From Candidatus Nomurabacteria bacterium (GTDB lineage Bacteria; Patescibacteriota; Patescibacteriia; HK-STAS-PATE-3): a DNA stretch of 64,000 bases. The stretch is taken from the NCBI GenBank assembly GCA_023898465.1, contig CP060223.1, positions 640,001 through 704,000 on the forward strand, written 5' to 3'. The position numbers and the translations under genes are program-made. Below the pieces are notes generated by a model. That model searched no databases and was not told the DNA's origin. It saw only the letters and a program-made list of their open reading frames with translations. Shown piece after piece: positions 27,232 to 40,645 of this stretch. Position 1 is the stretch's first letter, and every line of letters starts with the position of its first letter.

Positions 27232-28200
27232 TTAAGAAGTAACTGACGGGTTCGATGCGTCTGGACTTAGGTCATCCTCATCTTTGCGCACCCGCATCCA
27301 ATGATAGAGGAAGAGTGGCAAACCAACTAAAAGGAATGGAATGCTCACGGAAAGCTCGTTCTGTATCCGGCTCGGTCGAGCGTTTTCTTCAACCTGAGCA
27401 TAAGCGGCATCGTAATCAAGCAACCACTGCTTAGCTAGCTGCACATCAGCTTCGCTAAACTCACAAGCCTCAGCACAATCAATCACTGACTGTACGCCCT
27501 GCGACTCGAGAGAGTCTGGCCGCGCAACAACTGCCACTGATTGATTCTCATAGCTTTCTGGATAGATCCAGGCCCGTAAAGCGGTATTAATGAGGAATCC
27601 GCTTGAAATCACGATTGCCAAGAGTCCAACGAGAGAGAAAGACCAGTAATAAATCGCTCGGGTGACATGCGGCGAATCAGTCTGCTTTTGCTCATTCTTC
27701 CGCACCATGCGCCAGTGCAAGAAGTAGGTTATTCCGGCAACGATCAAGAGAGAAATTGCCGTAACCAATGCCATTGGATTCTGAGTCGTGGAATTATCCT
27801 GAGACTCTTGCCATTGCACGTAGCTTGATTTCCATTCGGTAAATGCGGTTGCATTATCGCCTTCAAAAGCGCAATTCTCACTGCAGTCCAAAGTAGCACT
27901 ACCAAGCTTTGTTTCAGGCAAATACATGCCAGGAGGAACATTCGCACCGTACTCTACGCCGTCGGCCTCAGGCAAAAAAGTTGCCTTGGCACCAAGATTG
28001 AGCAGCGTAGCTACCGAGAAGGTAATAATCAACAAAGTGACAAAAGATACCAAATACAGGTAGATGTGCTTCACAATTGAAGCCTTTTTGCCACTGCTTT
28101 TTGTGTCTTGTCCAGCGCCAATGAAAAAAGCAATCGCCGTTATGGCCGTGAGAGCTCCACCAATTGGAATGAGCATAATGAGGATCGCTTCGCTTGGCAT
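27232..28200 (-). CDS. Polytopic membrane protein of unknown function.
   Basis: Several TM helices plus a Cys-containing extracytoplasmic segment. No family recognised. Confidence 0.45.
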   Translation of the reverse strand: MPSEAILIMLIPIGGALTAITAIAFFIGAGQDTKSSGKKASIVKHIYLYLVSFVTLLIITFSVATLLNLGAKATFLPEADGVEYGANVPPGMYLPETKLGSATLDCSENCAFEGDNATAFTEWKSSYVQWQESQDNSTTQNPMALVTAISLLIVAGITYFLHWRMVRKNEQKQTDSPHVTRAIYYWSFSLVGLLAIVISSGFLINTALRAWIYPESYENQSVAVVARPDSLESQGVQSVIDCAEACEFSEADVQLAKQWLLDYDAAYAQVEENARPSRIQNELSVSIPFLLVGLPLFLYHWMRVRKDEDDLSPDASNPSVTS

Positions 28201-28204
28201 ATGG

Positions 28205-28630
28205 TTATCCTTCTATGGTAATACCCATGTTACGGGCAGTACCCTCAATGATTTTCATAGCTGCTTCGATATCGCGGGCATTCAGGTCAGGCATTTTCTT
28301 TTCGGCGATTTCTCGCACCTGTGCTTTGGTAATTTTGCCCACTTTATTTTTTAACTGATCACCGGAACCTTTTGGCACGCCAGCTGCTTTGATAATTAAG
28401 ACAGAGGCCGGTGGAGTCTTTAATACAAAGTCAAAGGTGCGGTCTTCGTAGATGGAAATGACTACCGGGGTAGTCTCCCCCATCCGATCGCGAGTCGCAT
28501 CATTGAATTGCTTCACAAAGTCGCCAATGTTGACGCCATGTGGTCCGAGCGCGGTACCGACTGGTGGCGCTGGTGTAGCTTGTCCCCCAGGGATCTGTAC
28601 CTTTACTTGTGTCTTCAGTTTCTTTGCCAT
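28205..28630 (-). CDS. rplK: Ribosomal protein L11.
   Basis: [29 protein letters not shown]. Confidence 0.9.
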   Translation of the reverse strand: MAKKLKTQVKVQIPGGQATPAPPVGTALGPHGVNIGDFVKQFNDATRDRMGETTPVVISIYEDRTFDFVLKTPPASVLIIKAAGVPKGSGDQLKNKVGKITKAQVREIAEKKMPDLNARDIEAAMKIIEGTARNMGITIEG

Positions 28631-28632
28631 AG

Positions 28633-29178
28633 TTATAATTTCTTAATCTGGAGAAAGTCGAGTTCAACGGGAGTTTCACGGCCGAACATTGAGACGAGGA
28701 CCTTTACCTTACCTCGTGCTTCATCGACCTCAGAAACTTTACCTTCAAATTCCTTAAACGGACCATCAACGATCCGGACCGGACTACCCACACCCACGTC
28801 AATCTTATACTTCGGTTCTTCAACACCCATACGGCGTTGCAATTCCTTCACTTCATTTTCAGAAATTGGGGTCGGGGTCGTACCAGTACCTACGAATCCA
28901 GTTACATTCGGTGTGTTACGCACCACGTACCAGGAATCGTCAGTCACAATCATCTCCACCAAGACATATCCTGGGAAGATTTTTTCTGTCACTACTTTAC
29001 GTTTACCGTTTTTAATACGGATTTTGTTCTCGGTCGGAATCAAGACGCTAAAAATCTTGTCTTCCATATCCATGGATTCGATACGTTGTCGCAGGTTGCG
29101 AGCTACGTTTTCTTCGTATCCGGAGTAAGTGTGGAGCACATACCAACGGCGCCCCATTTGCAGTGTCTGCTTTGGCAT
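28633..29178 (-). CDS. nusG: Transcription antiterminator NusG.
   Basis: [14 protein letters not shown] domain and a KOW C-terminus. Order is secE-nusG-rplK-rplA. Confidence 0.9.
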   Translation of the reverse strand: MPKQTLQMGRRWYVLHTYSGYEENVARNLRQRIESMDMEDKIFSVLIPTENKIRIKNGKRKVVTEKIFPGYVLVEMIVTDDSWYVVRNTPNVTGFVGTGTTPTPISENEVKELQRRMGVEEPKYKIDVGVGSPVRIVDGPFKEFEGKVSEVDEARGKVKVLVSMFGRETPVELDFLQIKKL

Positions 29179-29182
29179 ATCC

Positions 29183-29368
29183 TTATGTTAGGAAAGTTTC
29201 CAATAGAAAGTTTAAAGTATAGTCGACAATCCCTAAAAATGCAGCCACGCCTAGACTGACAGCAATAACCATCAGGGTATGGCGGGTAGTTTCACCGCGA
29301 GTCGGCCAGACGACCTTTTTTAGCTCGTCACGCGATTCACGGATGTAATTTACTAGGTGAAATGCCAC
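29183..29368 (-). CDS. secE: Preprotein translocase SecE (GTG start).
   Basis: 61-aa single-TM protein directly upstream of nusG, with the KVVWPTR motif. Confidence 0.7.
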   Translation of the reverse strand: MAFHLVNYIRESRDELKKVVWPTRGETTRHTLMVIAVSLGVAAFLGIVDYTLNFLLETFLT

Positions 29369-29391
29369 TATTGAAGCTCTTAAAAACCGCC

Positions 29392-29413
29392 CAATCCGGG
29401 CAGATGTCCACAG
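29392..29413 (-). terminator. Intrinsic terminator between the lipid-synthesis fusion gene and secE.
   Basis: CTGCCC-ggatt-GGGCGG followed by UUUUU on the minus strand, 24 nt before the secE GTG. Confidence 0.4.
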
Positions 29414-29545
29414 GATACGATATTTTTACCAAGTCGTCAAGTAGTCTCGGTAAACCATAGTAAAAAGAAAATCTGGATATATACACCTTCCCGTTTCACT
29501 GAGTCCCTGCCCGCCAAAGTCCAGCAAAACCGGACGAGGGCGTGG

Positions 29546-30538
29546 TCAAGTAGCCCTCTCTCGTATGCCAGTCCCTTCCCCTATCCATGTCACGAGCAGG
29601 TGTAAGGCAAAACCTAAGGCCAGCATAGTAAACATGTGCGAGAGTGAAGGAAGATACACAAAAGCGCCAAAGGCTATGCCTCCCACGATGTAATCAATCT
29701 GATCAAAGGGAAACCAGGACTGACCTGGGGCAATGTTCACTCGACGCTTAAAAAAGCTCTTAAGCAGATCGCCAGCTAGAGCCCCGAAGCCGAGTAAAGC
29801 TCCAAAGGAGAGACTCTGCGAGGTATAAGAAAAAAGGCTAATATCCTGCACCCAAGTATACTTGAGGTAAAGAAAGCGCTGCAGCCAAAATGTCAGCACA
29901 GCTCCAAGCACGCCGGCCAATATCCCTCGGTAGGTTTTATGGCTGCCGAACAAAGGCTGGCCATGAAAGTAGGCGCCAAAATCAACTGGCCAATTAGAAC
30001 GTGGGAAAAGCTTGACCGCAAAGATGGGAAACATATTTGCCACACCCATGGGTAAAAGCAACCAAAAACTGCTGAGTATGAGCGTGAGTGGATTTGCCTC
30101 AACATGCAGGAGTAGGGCGAGTAAAAAGATGAACCTGCCAGGCAAGGCAATGCTTTTGTGAAAGAAAATACCTACCAAAGAAAGAAGGGTGTTCACACAC
30201 CAGAGTGCAGCCCAAAATACGCCGAGTGGTAAGAAGATAACTGCCTCGGAAAAACGATCAAGGCCAATATCCACCAGCCAGCCATGTTGACTCCCCCGTT
30301 GATACTGTCGAGCCACAGCTCCGTCCAGCCAATCGAGAAAGAGGATAAAGATGAGCAGAGCGATAGTCCAAGCTCGACTGATGCTAAAGACTGGTATAAC
30401 AAACAAGCTTAAGCAGAAACCTACTAAGCTGATAGCATCGGGCGAAACATTTGGTAAGCGAAAAATCCAGAGCCGGCGAATCCAGGCACGGTATGTCTGC
30501 ACCCAAGTAAATCGCTGTGGGGCAGTCTGACTCTCCAT
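29546..30538 (-). CDS. Fusion protein with an N-terminal CDP-alcohol phosphatidyltransferase and a C-terminal CarS-like (DUF46) CTP-dependent cytidylyltransferase.
   Basis: N-terminal half has the exact D-G-x2-A-R-x8-G-x3-D-x3-D motif (DGAVARQYQRGSQHGWLVDIGLD). C-terminal half has GSHKTYRG and DLLKSFFKRRVNI...FDQID, which match CDP-archaeol synthase family motifs. Confidence 0.65.
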   Translation of the reverse strand: MESQTAPQRFTWVQTYRAWIRRLWIFRLPNVSPDAISLVGFCLSLFVIPVFSISRAWTIALLIFILFLDWLDGAVARQYQRGSQHGWLVDIGLDRFSEAVIFLPLGVFWAALWCVNTLLSLVGIFFHKSIALPGRFIFLLALLLHVEANPLTLILSSFWLLLPMGVANMFPIFAVKLFPRSNWPVDFGAYFHGQPLFGSHKTYRGILAGVLGAVLTFWLQRFLYLKYTWVQDISLFSYTSQSLSFGALLGFGALAGDLLKSFFKRRVNIAPGQSWFPFDQIDYIVGGIAFGAFVYLPSLSHMFTMLALGFALHLLVTWIGEGTGIRERAT

Positions 30539-30547
30539 CGACCTCGC

Positions 30548-34893
<4,346 letters not shown>

Positions 34894-34894
34894 A

Positions 34895-35887
34895 TTAGAA
34901 TTGCGACAAGAAACGAAGATCGCCCTGATATGACATACGCACATCAGGCACTTGATAGTAATACATCATGAGGCGATCAATCCCCATGCCAAAAGCAAAG
35001 CCAGAGTACTCCCGAGGATCAACGCGCATATTCCGCAGCACCTCTGGATGAATCATGCCGCAGCCCAGCATCTCCATCCAACCTTTGCCGCCGTTCATCA
35101 GGATTTCCGCGCCTGGCTCCACAAATGGGAAAAAGCTTGGCTGCGCTCGGATTTCTACGTGTTCGCCAAAAAGTGTTTTGAAAAAAGTTTCCAAAGTACC
35201 GAGAAGGTCGCCAAAGGTCAGCCCTTTGGCAATCGCCATACCTTCGCAGTAATGATAGTTCGCCTCATGCGACGCATCAGTTGCCTCGTGACGGAACACA
35301 CGCCCAGGTGAAATGAAACGGATCGGCGGCTGGCGCTCCTCCATCACCCGCACCTGCATCGGAGAAATGTGCGTGCGCAGTAAAGGCTGGTTGGGTCCGC
35401 TCTTCAGCGCACCGTCAATGTAAAAAGTATCCCACTCATCCCGGGCTGGATGATCCTCAGGGATGCGGAGGAAGTCGAAGTTGTACTTGGCCAGCTCAAT
35501 CTCCGGGCCATGCAGCACCTCATAACCCATGCCCATGAAGACCTCCTGAATCCGCCGCTGCATATGACGGAGAGGATGAATTGAACCAAGAGGCAGTTCC
35601 GGCCCCATTAGGGTGAGATCAGCTGCTGCTTTCACGTTCCCCTGCTGCAAAAGCTGCTGCTGTTTCTGCAGCGCTTGTTCCAGCTCTTGCTTCACGCTAT
35701 TCCAAAGTTTGCCCAGCTGCGCGCGGTCGCTCTGCGGCTGGCTGGCAATCGCGGTTGATGCCTGAGCTAAAGCGCCTTTGCGGCCAAGCCAGGTATTGCG
35801 CCACTGCTCCAGTGACTTCGCATCACTCACCTGCTGCAGAGCAGCCATGGCATCACTACGTAGCTTATTGAGTTCGGATTCCATCAT
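34895..35887 (-). CDS. pheS: Phenylalanyl-tRNA synthetase alpha subunit. The start is uncertain (35923 in the ORF track, more probably 35887 or 35884).
   Basis: Class II motifs (FRHEATDASH, GMGIDRL). Confidence 0.9.
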   Translation of the reverse strand: MMESELNKLRSDAMAALQQVSDAKSLEQWRNTWLGRKGALAQASTAIASQPQSDRAQLGKLWNSVKQELEQALQKQQQLLQQGNVKAAADLTLMGPELPLGSIHPLRHMQRRIQEVFMGMGYEVLHGPEIELAKYNFDFLRIPEDHPARDEWDTFYIDGALKSGPNQPLLRTHISPMQVRVMEERQPPIRFISPGRVFRHEATDASHEANYHYCEGMAIAKGLTFGDLLGTLETFFKTLFGEHVEIRAQPSFFPFVEPGAEILMNGGKGWMEMLGCGMIHPEVLRNMRVDPREYSGFAFGMGIDRLMMYYYQVPDVRMSYQGDLRFLSQF

Positions 35888-36266
35888 GCGGCTTTTGTTC
35901 ACGGGCCAGAGCAAAGAATTCAATCAAAGAAAGGAGGATGAGATAGGCAGCCAGGTTCCACCAACGCAGGAATTCAGACACCTGCATAATGAGCGCGCCG
36001 CTCACCAGGAGACTGAAGAGCGTGCCCTGGCGAAAAGAAATCGCCACCTGCCGGTAGGCCACTGGTTCGCGCACAAAGCGCATCCGCAGACCAAAACCCA
36101 GCAAGGAGAAGCTGCCAATCAAGGCAAAAAACAAGGTTAAAAAAAACGCGGCATGCCCGATGAAGCCCGACACCTCCGGATCAATCGAGAAAAGGACCAG
36201 CGCCCAGAGCGCCCAACTCAGCACCGTGGCCACAGTCATAAGGAGCAGGTAACGTCGAATGCTCAC
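35865..36266 (-). CDS. Small four-TM membrane protein of unknown function (GTG start, no SD).
   Basis: Hydrophobic profile only. It overlaps the pheS 5' end by about 20 nt. Confidence 0.35.
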   Translation of the reverse strand: MSIRRYLLLMTVATVLSWALWALVLFSIDPEVSGFIGHAAFFLTLFFALIGSFSLLGFGLRMRFVREPVAYRQVAISFRQGTLFSLLVSGALIMQVSEFLRWWNLAAYLILLSLIEFFALAREQKPHDGIRTQ

Positions 36267-36491
36267 AAGGCAAAAATTCGGGAGTAATTAGCTAAAACAG
36301 CAGCCTGATTGTACCAGAAATCAGGTGCTGGGGCAAGATAGGATATTTAATTACTTTTTGTTTGGATAACGGGAAAAAAGGAAAATGAATGAATGTTCGT
36401 CGATCAAAATATCTTAGCACTCTTTCTTCAATCCATTCATTTATACCTAATATTTATTTTAGACACATATTATTGACCATACTTAACTCTT

Positions 36492-38819
36492 TCAGTCTTT
36501 CGTCGCATCATTGATAATTTGATAGTGATTTGGTGCGATTTTTTCCATCATCTCAAATAATTCATTCACAATCTTTTTTGTCTCTGGGACGAGCGCTGGA
36601 TTAAAACCGGATCCAGTAATATGTGATTGATCATTTGTAAATTTGTATATGGCGTCTAACTTTTGTTCATCATACCCATTTTGTTTTAACTCCTCTATCT
36701 TTTTATATGATTTTTTTCCATTTGGAACACTGAACATTAAAAACGTATCCCAAACCTTCCTTGCTATATTAGGAATAGGATATGCCTTGGCGATAGAATC
36801 ATCTTGTTCATCGCGAAGATATTTAAGTAATTTAAAGAGATAGTGGTATTCACTTTCATATTCACAAAGCTCTTTATCCATTCTATCAATGTAGGCACAA
36901 CGAATGTTCGAGGGAAAATAATTTTTTATCATAAAGTACCCGGTATTATCTCTCCCGGCACCCCTCCGCCAATTGATCAAAAGTTTCAAGAAATCAAAAC
37001 TATGAGTAAAAATAAACACTTGCCCGCCGTCTTTTACTGCACCCTTCAAAAAACTAAAGGCTTGATAAAGAGAATTTGAATCGAGGCTAGATACAGGATC
37101 GTCAATGAGGATGATTCCATTTTGAAGATCAAAACTCTGATCTTCAAGATGCACCACAAAATATATAAAGGCAATAGCGGTCTTTTCACCTTCGCTTAAA
37201 TATTTTGCAGCAGAGTCATCGCGCATGATATTGTACCCCGAAACAACCTCTTTTTCATCACCATTCTCGCTAATAACCGTTTCGATGCGCGGAACAAATT
37301 TTAGCTCTCTGTGCCCCAAATAAGTTGCTATTTTTTCATTGATGACTTCACAGGCCTTATGTTTCGATGAGATTTTCGCTGTATTTTCTTCAATTCTTTT
37401 ATTTATCTCCTCAATTTCTTTTGTTAATGTGTCTATGTTTTTTGTTAGATTAGAAATATCTGATTCTATTTTTTTTATATCGTCAAAAATTGTACTCAGA
37501 TAGTGGAATTTTATTTTTTCCGCAGCCCTCTGTTTAACGGTATCAAAATCCGCAGTTCGTTTTTTGTGTTCATCAATAATGGCATTTACGCTATCAACAA
37601 CTTTATATAGACCGATACTGCTCAATTTTTTATCATGCTCTACCCTTTCGGTCGTCTTACTTTTCTTACTTTTAATTTTATCCGCAAGATTTGTAATATC
37701 GTTGACAAATTGTTGTTTAGCTAGTTCAAAATTAACTTTTTCTGTCTCTAGGTTTGTTTGTAGGTCTTTATAGAATCTCGTTTTCTCGGGAATTGTTATA
37801 TTTTGAATAACGGAGTAAAGCTTCCTTAATTTTTCAACAAGACTATCCAGGTCTTCTTTTAATTTTTTGTCTGCATTATTAAAATAAAGTGCCAATTGCT
37901 CTACTCTATCATTTGGAATATTTTGTAAACAGTATTCGCAAACATCTGAAGAATGTCTTTTGTGTAATTTTACCCCCTCTTCTACCCATTCTGAAATATC
38001 ATTATTTTCTGCAAGTCGATTAATAATCTCGGACTCAACTTTTTTGTTTAATACGTTTTCTGCCTCGGTATTAATGGAATTTACAATTTCAGAAATTTCG
38101 TAATTGTTTTGATCTATTTCGACTTTCGGAATAAATATTCTATCCAAAAATGGTAGAGATTCCTGCTTTAAAGAGATTAATATATTATTGAGCTCTACTT
38201 CTTCTAGCTCCACCTTCCTATTAATTTTAGAAAAATCACTTTCTGCCTGCGGCCTACGATAATCTCTTAATGCATTTCCTCCGATCGCAGCTCCTATGGT
38301 TTTTGCAATTTCGGTGAATTGACCATCGCGACTTGCTTTAAGCCGCTTATGGTCTTTTTTATAATCTGCCAATCTTGCAATTTTTCCTCTTTGCTTCGGA
38401 TCAGATGAATCGCCGTTGAGTAAAGTTCTATCTTTTTTAATTTGAACAGCGAGATCTTTATTTTCTTCACCGAGTAAAATTGAAATTGAATTTGCACGGC
38501 CTTCTATAAGCTCAATATTTCTTTCTATATAGTCTCTGTTGAAAACTCTGACTTTTGGAGGGAATGTGTCGTTTTGATCGTACCTATTTCCATTCTCGTC
38601 TTCAATTTCATACTCCAGATTTTCAATACTCACCCCGCTTAAAGCATCAAATAAACGGGAGAGTGTTGTTTTGCCGCTTCCATTCCAACCATACACTAAA
38701 TTAAGTTGCTTGAAATTTGGCAAGGTTGATCTAGATCGTATTCCTGAACCCCAGACATAATTAGAAAAAACAAGTCCGAGATTTTTTATTTTATTGATTC
38801 TTTGGATAGCATTACCCAT
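36492..38819 (-). CDS. PrrC/RloC-like (AAA_13) Rad50-type ATPase with a coiled-coil CxxC zinc hook; candidate anticodon nuclease or abortive-infection defence protein.
   Basis: N-terminus NLGLVFSNYVWGS...LNLVYGWNGSGKTTLSRLF (Walker A). A 500-aa coiled-coil insert carries CEYC. The C-terminal head has the signature LSEGEK, Walker B IILIDDP, D-loop SSLD, H-loop FTHS and a roughly 150-aa C-terminal domain. The gene sits in a 25-30% GC island. Confidence 0.65.
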   Translation of the reverse strand: MGNAIQRINKIKNLGLVFSNYVWGSGIRSRSTLPNFKQLNLVYGWNGSGKTTLSRLFDALSGVSIENLEYEIEDENGNRYDQNDTFPPKVRVFNRDYIERNIELIEGRANSISILLGEENKDLAVQIKKDRTLLNGDSSDPKQRGKIARLADYKKDHKRLKASRDGQFTEIAKTIGAAIGGNALRDYRRPQAESDFSKINRKVELEEVELNNILISLKQESLPFLDRIFIPKVEIDQNNYEISEIVNSINTEAENVLNKKVESEIINRLAENNDISEWVEEGVKLHKRHSSDVCEYCLQNIPNDRVEQLALYFNNADKKLKEDLDSLVEKLRKLYSVIQNITIPEKTRFYKDLQTNLETEKVNFELAKQQFVNDITNLADKIKSKKSKTTERVEHDKKLSSIGLYKVVDSVNAIIDEHKKRTADFDTVKQRAAEKIKFHYLSTIFDDIKKIESDISNLTKNIDTLTKEIEEINKRIEENTAKISSKHKACEVINEKIATYLGHRELKFVPRIETVISENGDEKEVVSGYNIMRDDSAAKYLSEGEKTAIAFIYFVVHLEDQSFDLQNGIILIDDPVSSLDSNSLYQAFSFLKGAVKDGGQVFIFTHSFDFLKLLINWRRGAGRDNTGYFMIKNYFPSNIRCAYIDRMDKELCEYESEYHYLFKLLKYLRDEQDDSIAKAYPIPNIARKVWDTFLMFSVPNGKKSYKKIEELKQNGYDEQKLDAIYKFTNDQSHITGSGFNPALVPETKKIVNELFEMMEKIAPNHYQIINDATKD

Positions 38820-38919
38820 GACGGTAAAAAATTATATTATTGGCAAGTTCACCCCCACCATAAATCACATAGTAACCGATTACACCTTACACCCCTCCTT
38901 AACCTCTTACACCATTCAT

Positions 38920-38937
38920 CTCAAGAAAATATTAAGA
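38920..38937 (+). repeat. Copy 1 of the 18-bp tandem half-site motif (cTCAAGA-AAAT-ATTAAGA).
   Basis: Located 101-118 nt upstream of the RloC-like start. Confidence 0.6.
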
Positions 38938-39021
38938 CCACCCTCCCCTGCCAATAGCAAAAGCGGGTAGCCAACGGCACCCGCTCATTACTCCCTCCAT
39001 AGGGTATTTCACCAGAAACAG

Positions 39022-39039
39022 ATTAAGAAAATATTAAGA
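39022..39039 (+). repeat. Copy 2 of the motif (ATTAAGA-AAAT-ATTAAGA, perfect tandem half-sites).
   Basis: Located 3 nt beyond the stop of the 39042-39590 gene and 102 bp from copy 1. Confidence 0.6.
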
Positions 39040-39041
39040 GG

Positions 39042-39590
39042 CTAAATTGCCTGATAGGTATTTACAATCTGAGTTGCCTCTTGAAGCATATTATCAGCTC
39101 CCTGGCTCCTCGCCGGGATCGTCCATAGCAACATAGCATCACCACTTACCATGTAGTAATGATCAAAACCACCGTCAAAGCTATAATACGCAGTGCTTCC
39201 GTTTGAGAGTGTTATCGCCTGCCAAGTATCCGCTATTTCAGTGTTCGAGCTGATAGTCAGAGATAGTGCTGGCACTTCGCTTGCCTGCTCTGTAGATGTA
39301 GGGGTCGGTACGTTCTTTTCAGTATTCACTGACCAACCCTGAGGGTAACGCACTGAGAAATGATACTCGGGATTTTCTACTACCTTCCAAGCAGAAATAT
39401 CTACATTGCCTGACGACGGTGGTAATACTGACTGAGTGAAATTTTGTTGCACCGCCATGGATGACTCTAGTTCGTTAACCTGAGCACTTAACTCTTGCGC
39501 ATCATTTCGAGCAAGGCTATACATCCACGCTAAACTCACCGTGATAACAACAAGGACAATAAAGGCTATATTCTGGAATTTCTTGGACAT
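39042..39590 (-). CDS. Membrane-anchored secreted protein of unknown function.
   Basis: N-terminal TM anchor and an extracytoplasmic domain. The gene is flanked by inverted copies of the 18-bp motif. Confidence 0.5.
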   Translation of the reverse strand: MSKKFQNIAFIVLVVITVSLAWMYSLARNDAQELSAQVNELESSMAVQQNFTQSVLPPSSGNVDISAWKVVENPEYHFSVRYPQGWSVNTEKNVPTPTSTEQASEVPALSLTISSNTEIADTWQAITLSNGSTAYYSFDGGFDHYYMVSGDAMLLWTIPARSQGADNMLQEATQIVNTYQAI

Positions 39591-39656
39591 AGTTGTCTCC
39601 TGCTAATTAATAACAGGGCTATCTTAGCCCAGTAATATCTAATAAGCAAGTCCTAT

Positions 39657-39674
39657 TCTTAATATTTTCTTTAA
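39657..39674 (-). repeat. Copy 3 of the motif in inverted orientation (TTAAAGA-AAAT-ATTAAGA on the minus strand).
   Basis: Lies in the divergent intergenic region between 39590 (-) and 39755 (+). Confidence 0.6.
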
Positions 39675-39754
39675 CTACCATATGTAAATTGTCCCTGGGT
39701 GATAACCAGCCTGATTATCACATCTGTGAAGTTCTTTGAAGAAAAGGAAGCAAA

Positions 39755-40108
39755 ATGAGGTATCTTCTCTTCCTGATTGTCGCACTGGTGGCGCTTTCAG
39801 TTGCTAGCCCCGGAGTGAGCCTTGCGACGGACACAACGGTGGAGTACTCCTTCTACGGTCCGTCCGGAGACTACAAGATCGAACTCTTCGAGGTGGGGGC
39901 ACCCTATCCATCTCGACAAGACTACGTCTACGGCTATAGTGGCACTTTCACGTATCGCCGTACTTGGTCATCGATCGTCGCCTACCGATCCTACTTCATC
40001 CGCATCACTGACCTTAACTCGGGAGTCGCAAAGCAGACTGGATCCGTCTACGTTACCTACAATGGTGGGTACTATGCGTGGTCGACCTGCTACTGGAGCT
40101 CAATGTAA
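39755..40108 (+). CDS. Small secreted Tyr/Ser/Thr-rich protein with a signal peptide (117 aa).
   Basis: Sec signal peptide MRYLLFLIVALVALSVASPGVSLA. A strong terminator follows at 40135-40172. Confidence 0.5.
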   Translation: MRYLLFLIVALVALSVASPGVSLATDTTVEYSFYGPSGDYKIELFEVGAPYPSRQDYVYGYSGTFTYRRTWSSIVAYRSYFIRITDLNSGVAKQTGSVYVTYNGGYYAWSTCYWSSM

Positions 40109-40134
40109 AGACTTCGACTTCCTGAAGGGTTCTC

Positions 40135-40172
40135 AACTGCGTCATTTCCTCTAGGGAATGGCGCAGTTTTTT
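40135..40172 (+). terminator. Rho-independent terminator.
   Basis: AACTGCG...CGCAGTT with a nested CATTTCC/GGGAATG pairing, followed by T6. Confidence 0.55.
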
Positions 40173-40255
40173 ACTAGCAGCTCAAGTAGTGTTTTTTAAA
40201 TAGCAAAGCTAATTATTTCATATTTGCATACCACTGCATTACCCACAAATAAACG

Positions 40256-40284
40256 TTGACAAAAACGCCTCATAGGTTTATATT
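40256..40284 (+). promoter_or_regulatory. Near-consensus promoter (TTGACA, 17-nt spacer, TATATT).
   Basis: Direct match. It drives the 40343 ORF. Confidence 0.5.
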
Positions 40285-40342
40285 GCGGTGTTCTCTAGTG
40301 GCTCTTTTCACACGTGCAAATCAGACAGAGACGGAGGCCTCT

Positions 40343-40618
40343 ATGTTGAGATCAGCTGAGGAAGTCAGCGCCGGAATCCTCGAACGAATACCGGAGTCTG
40401 CTCCGGAACGAGAAATCCTGCGACAACGCTTCGATGAAATCATGCGCGAGATCGGACCCGATCAGAACAGCCTACCCTTCACCTCACCTGAGATGCTGCA
40501 GGGTTACGACGGCTTGAGAATTCAAGGCTTCTGCAACGCTTGCACAGAAACGATCGGCGATCCCAGCGGAAGCGAATGGAAACTCGCGGTAGCAAGCTAC
40601 CTCAGTTCTGGATCCTGA
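40343..40618 (+). CDS. Acidic 92-aa hypothetical protein.
   Basis: ATG with GGAGG at 5 nt. The promoter lies upstream. The TTG start at 40256 given by the ORF track coincides with the -35 element and is rejected. Confidence 0.35.
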   Translation: MLRSAEEVSAGILERIPESAPEREILRQRFDEIMREIGPDQNSLPFTSPEMLQGYDGLRIQGFCNACTETIGDPSGSEWKLAVASYLSSGS

Positions 40619-40645
40619 CCCCCAAACCCTTTCCTCGAGGTCGAC

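Noticed and set aside
29369-29545. Possible tRNA (tRNA-Trp is often upstream of secE) in the secE upstream spacer.
   Set aside because: No cloverleaf or T-loop (GTTCRANYC) was recognisable on either strand. Only a terminator hairpin was found.
40256-40342. TTG-initiated 120-aa version of the acidic ORF (MTKTPHRF...).
   Set aside because: The TTG coincides with the -35 hexamer of the promoter that drives the unit. The ATG at 40343 with GGAGG is preferred.
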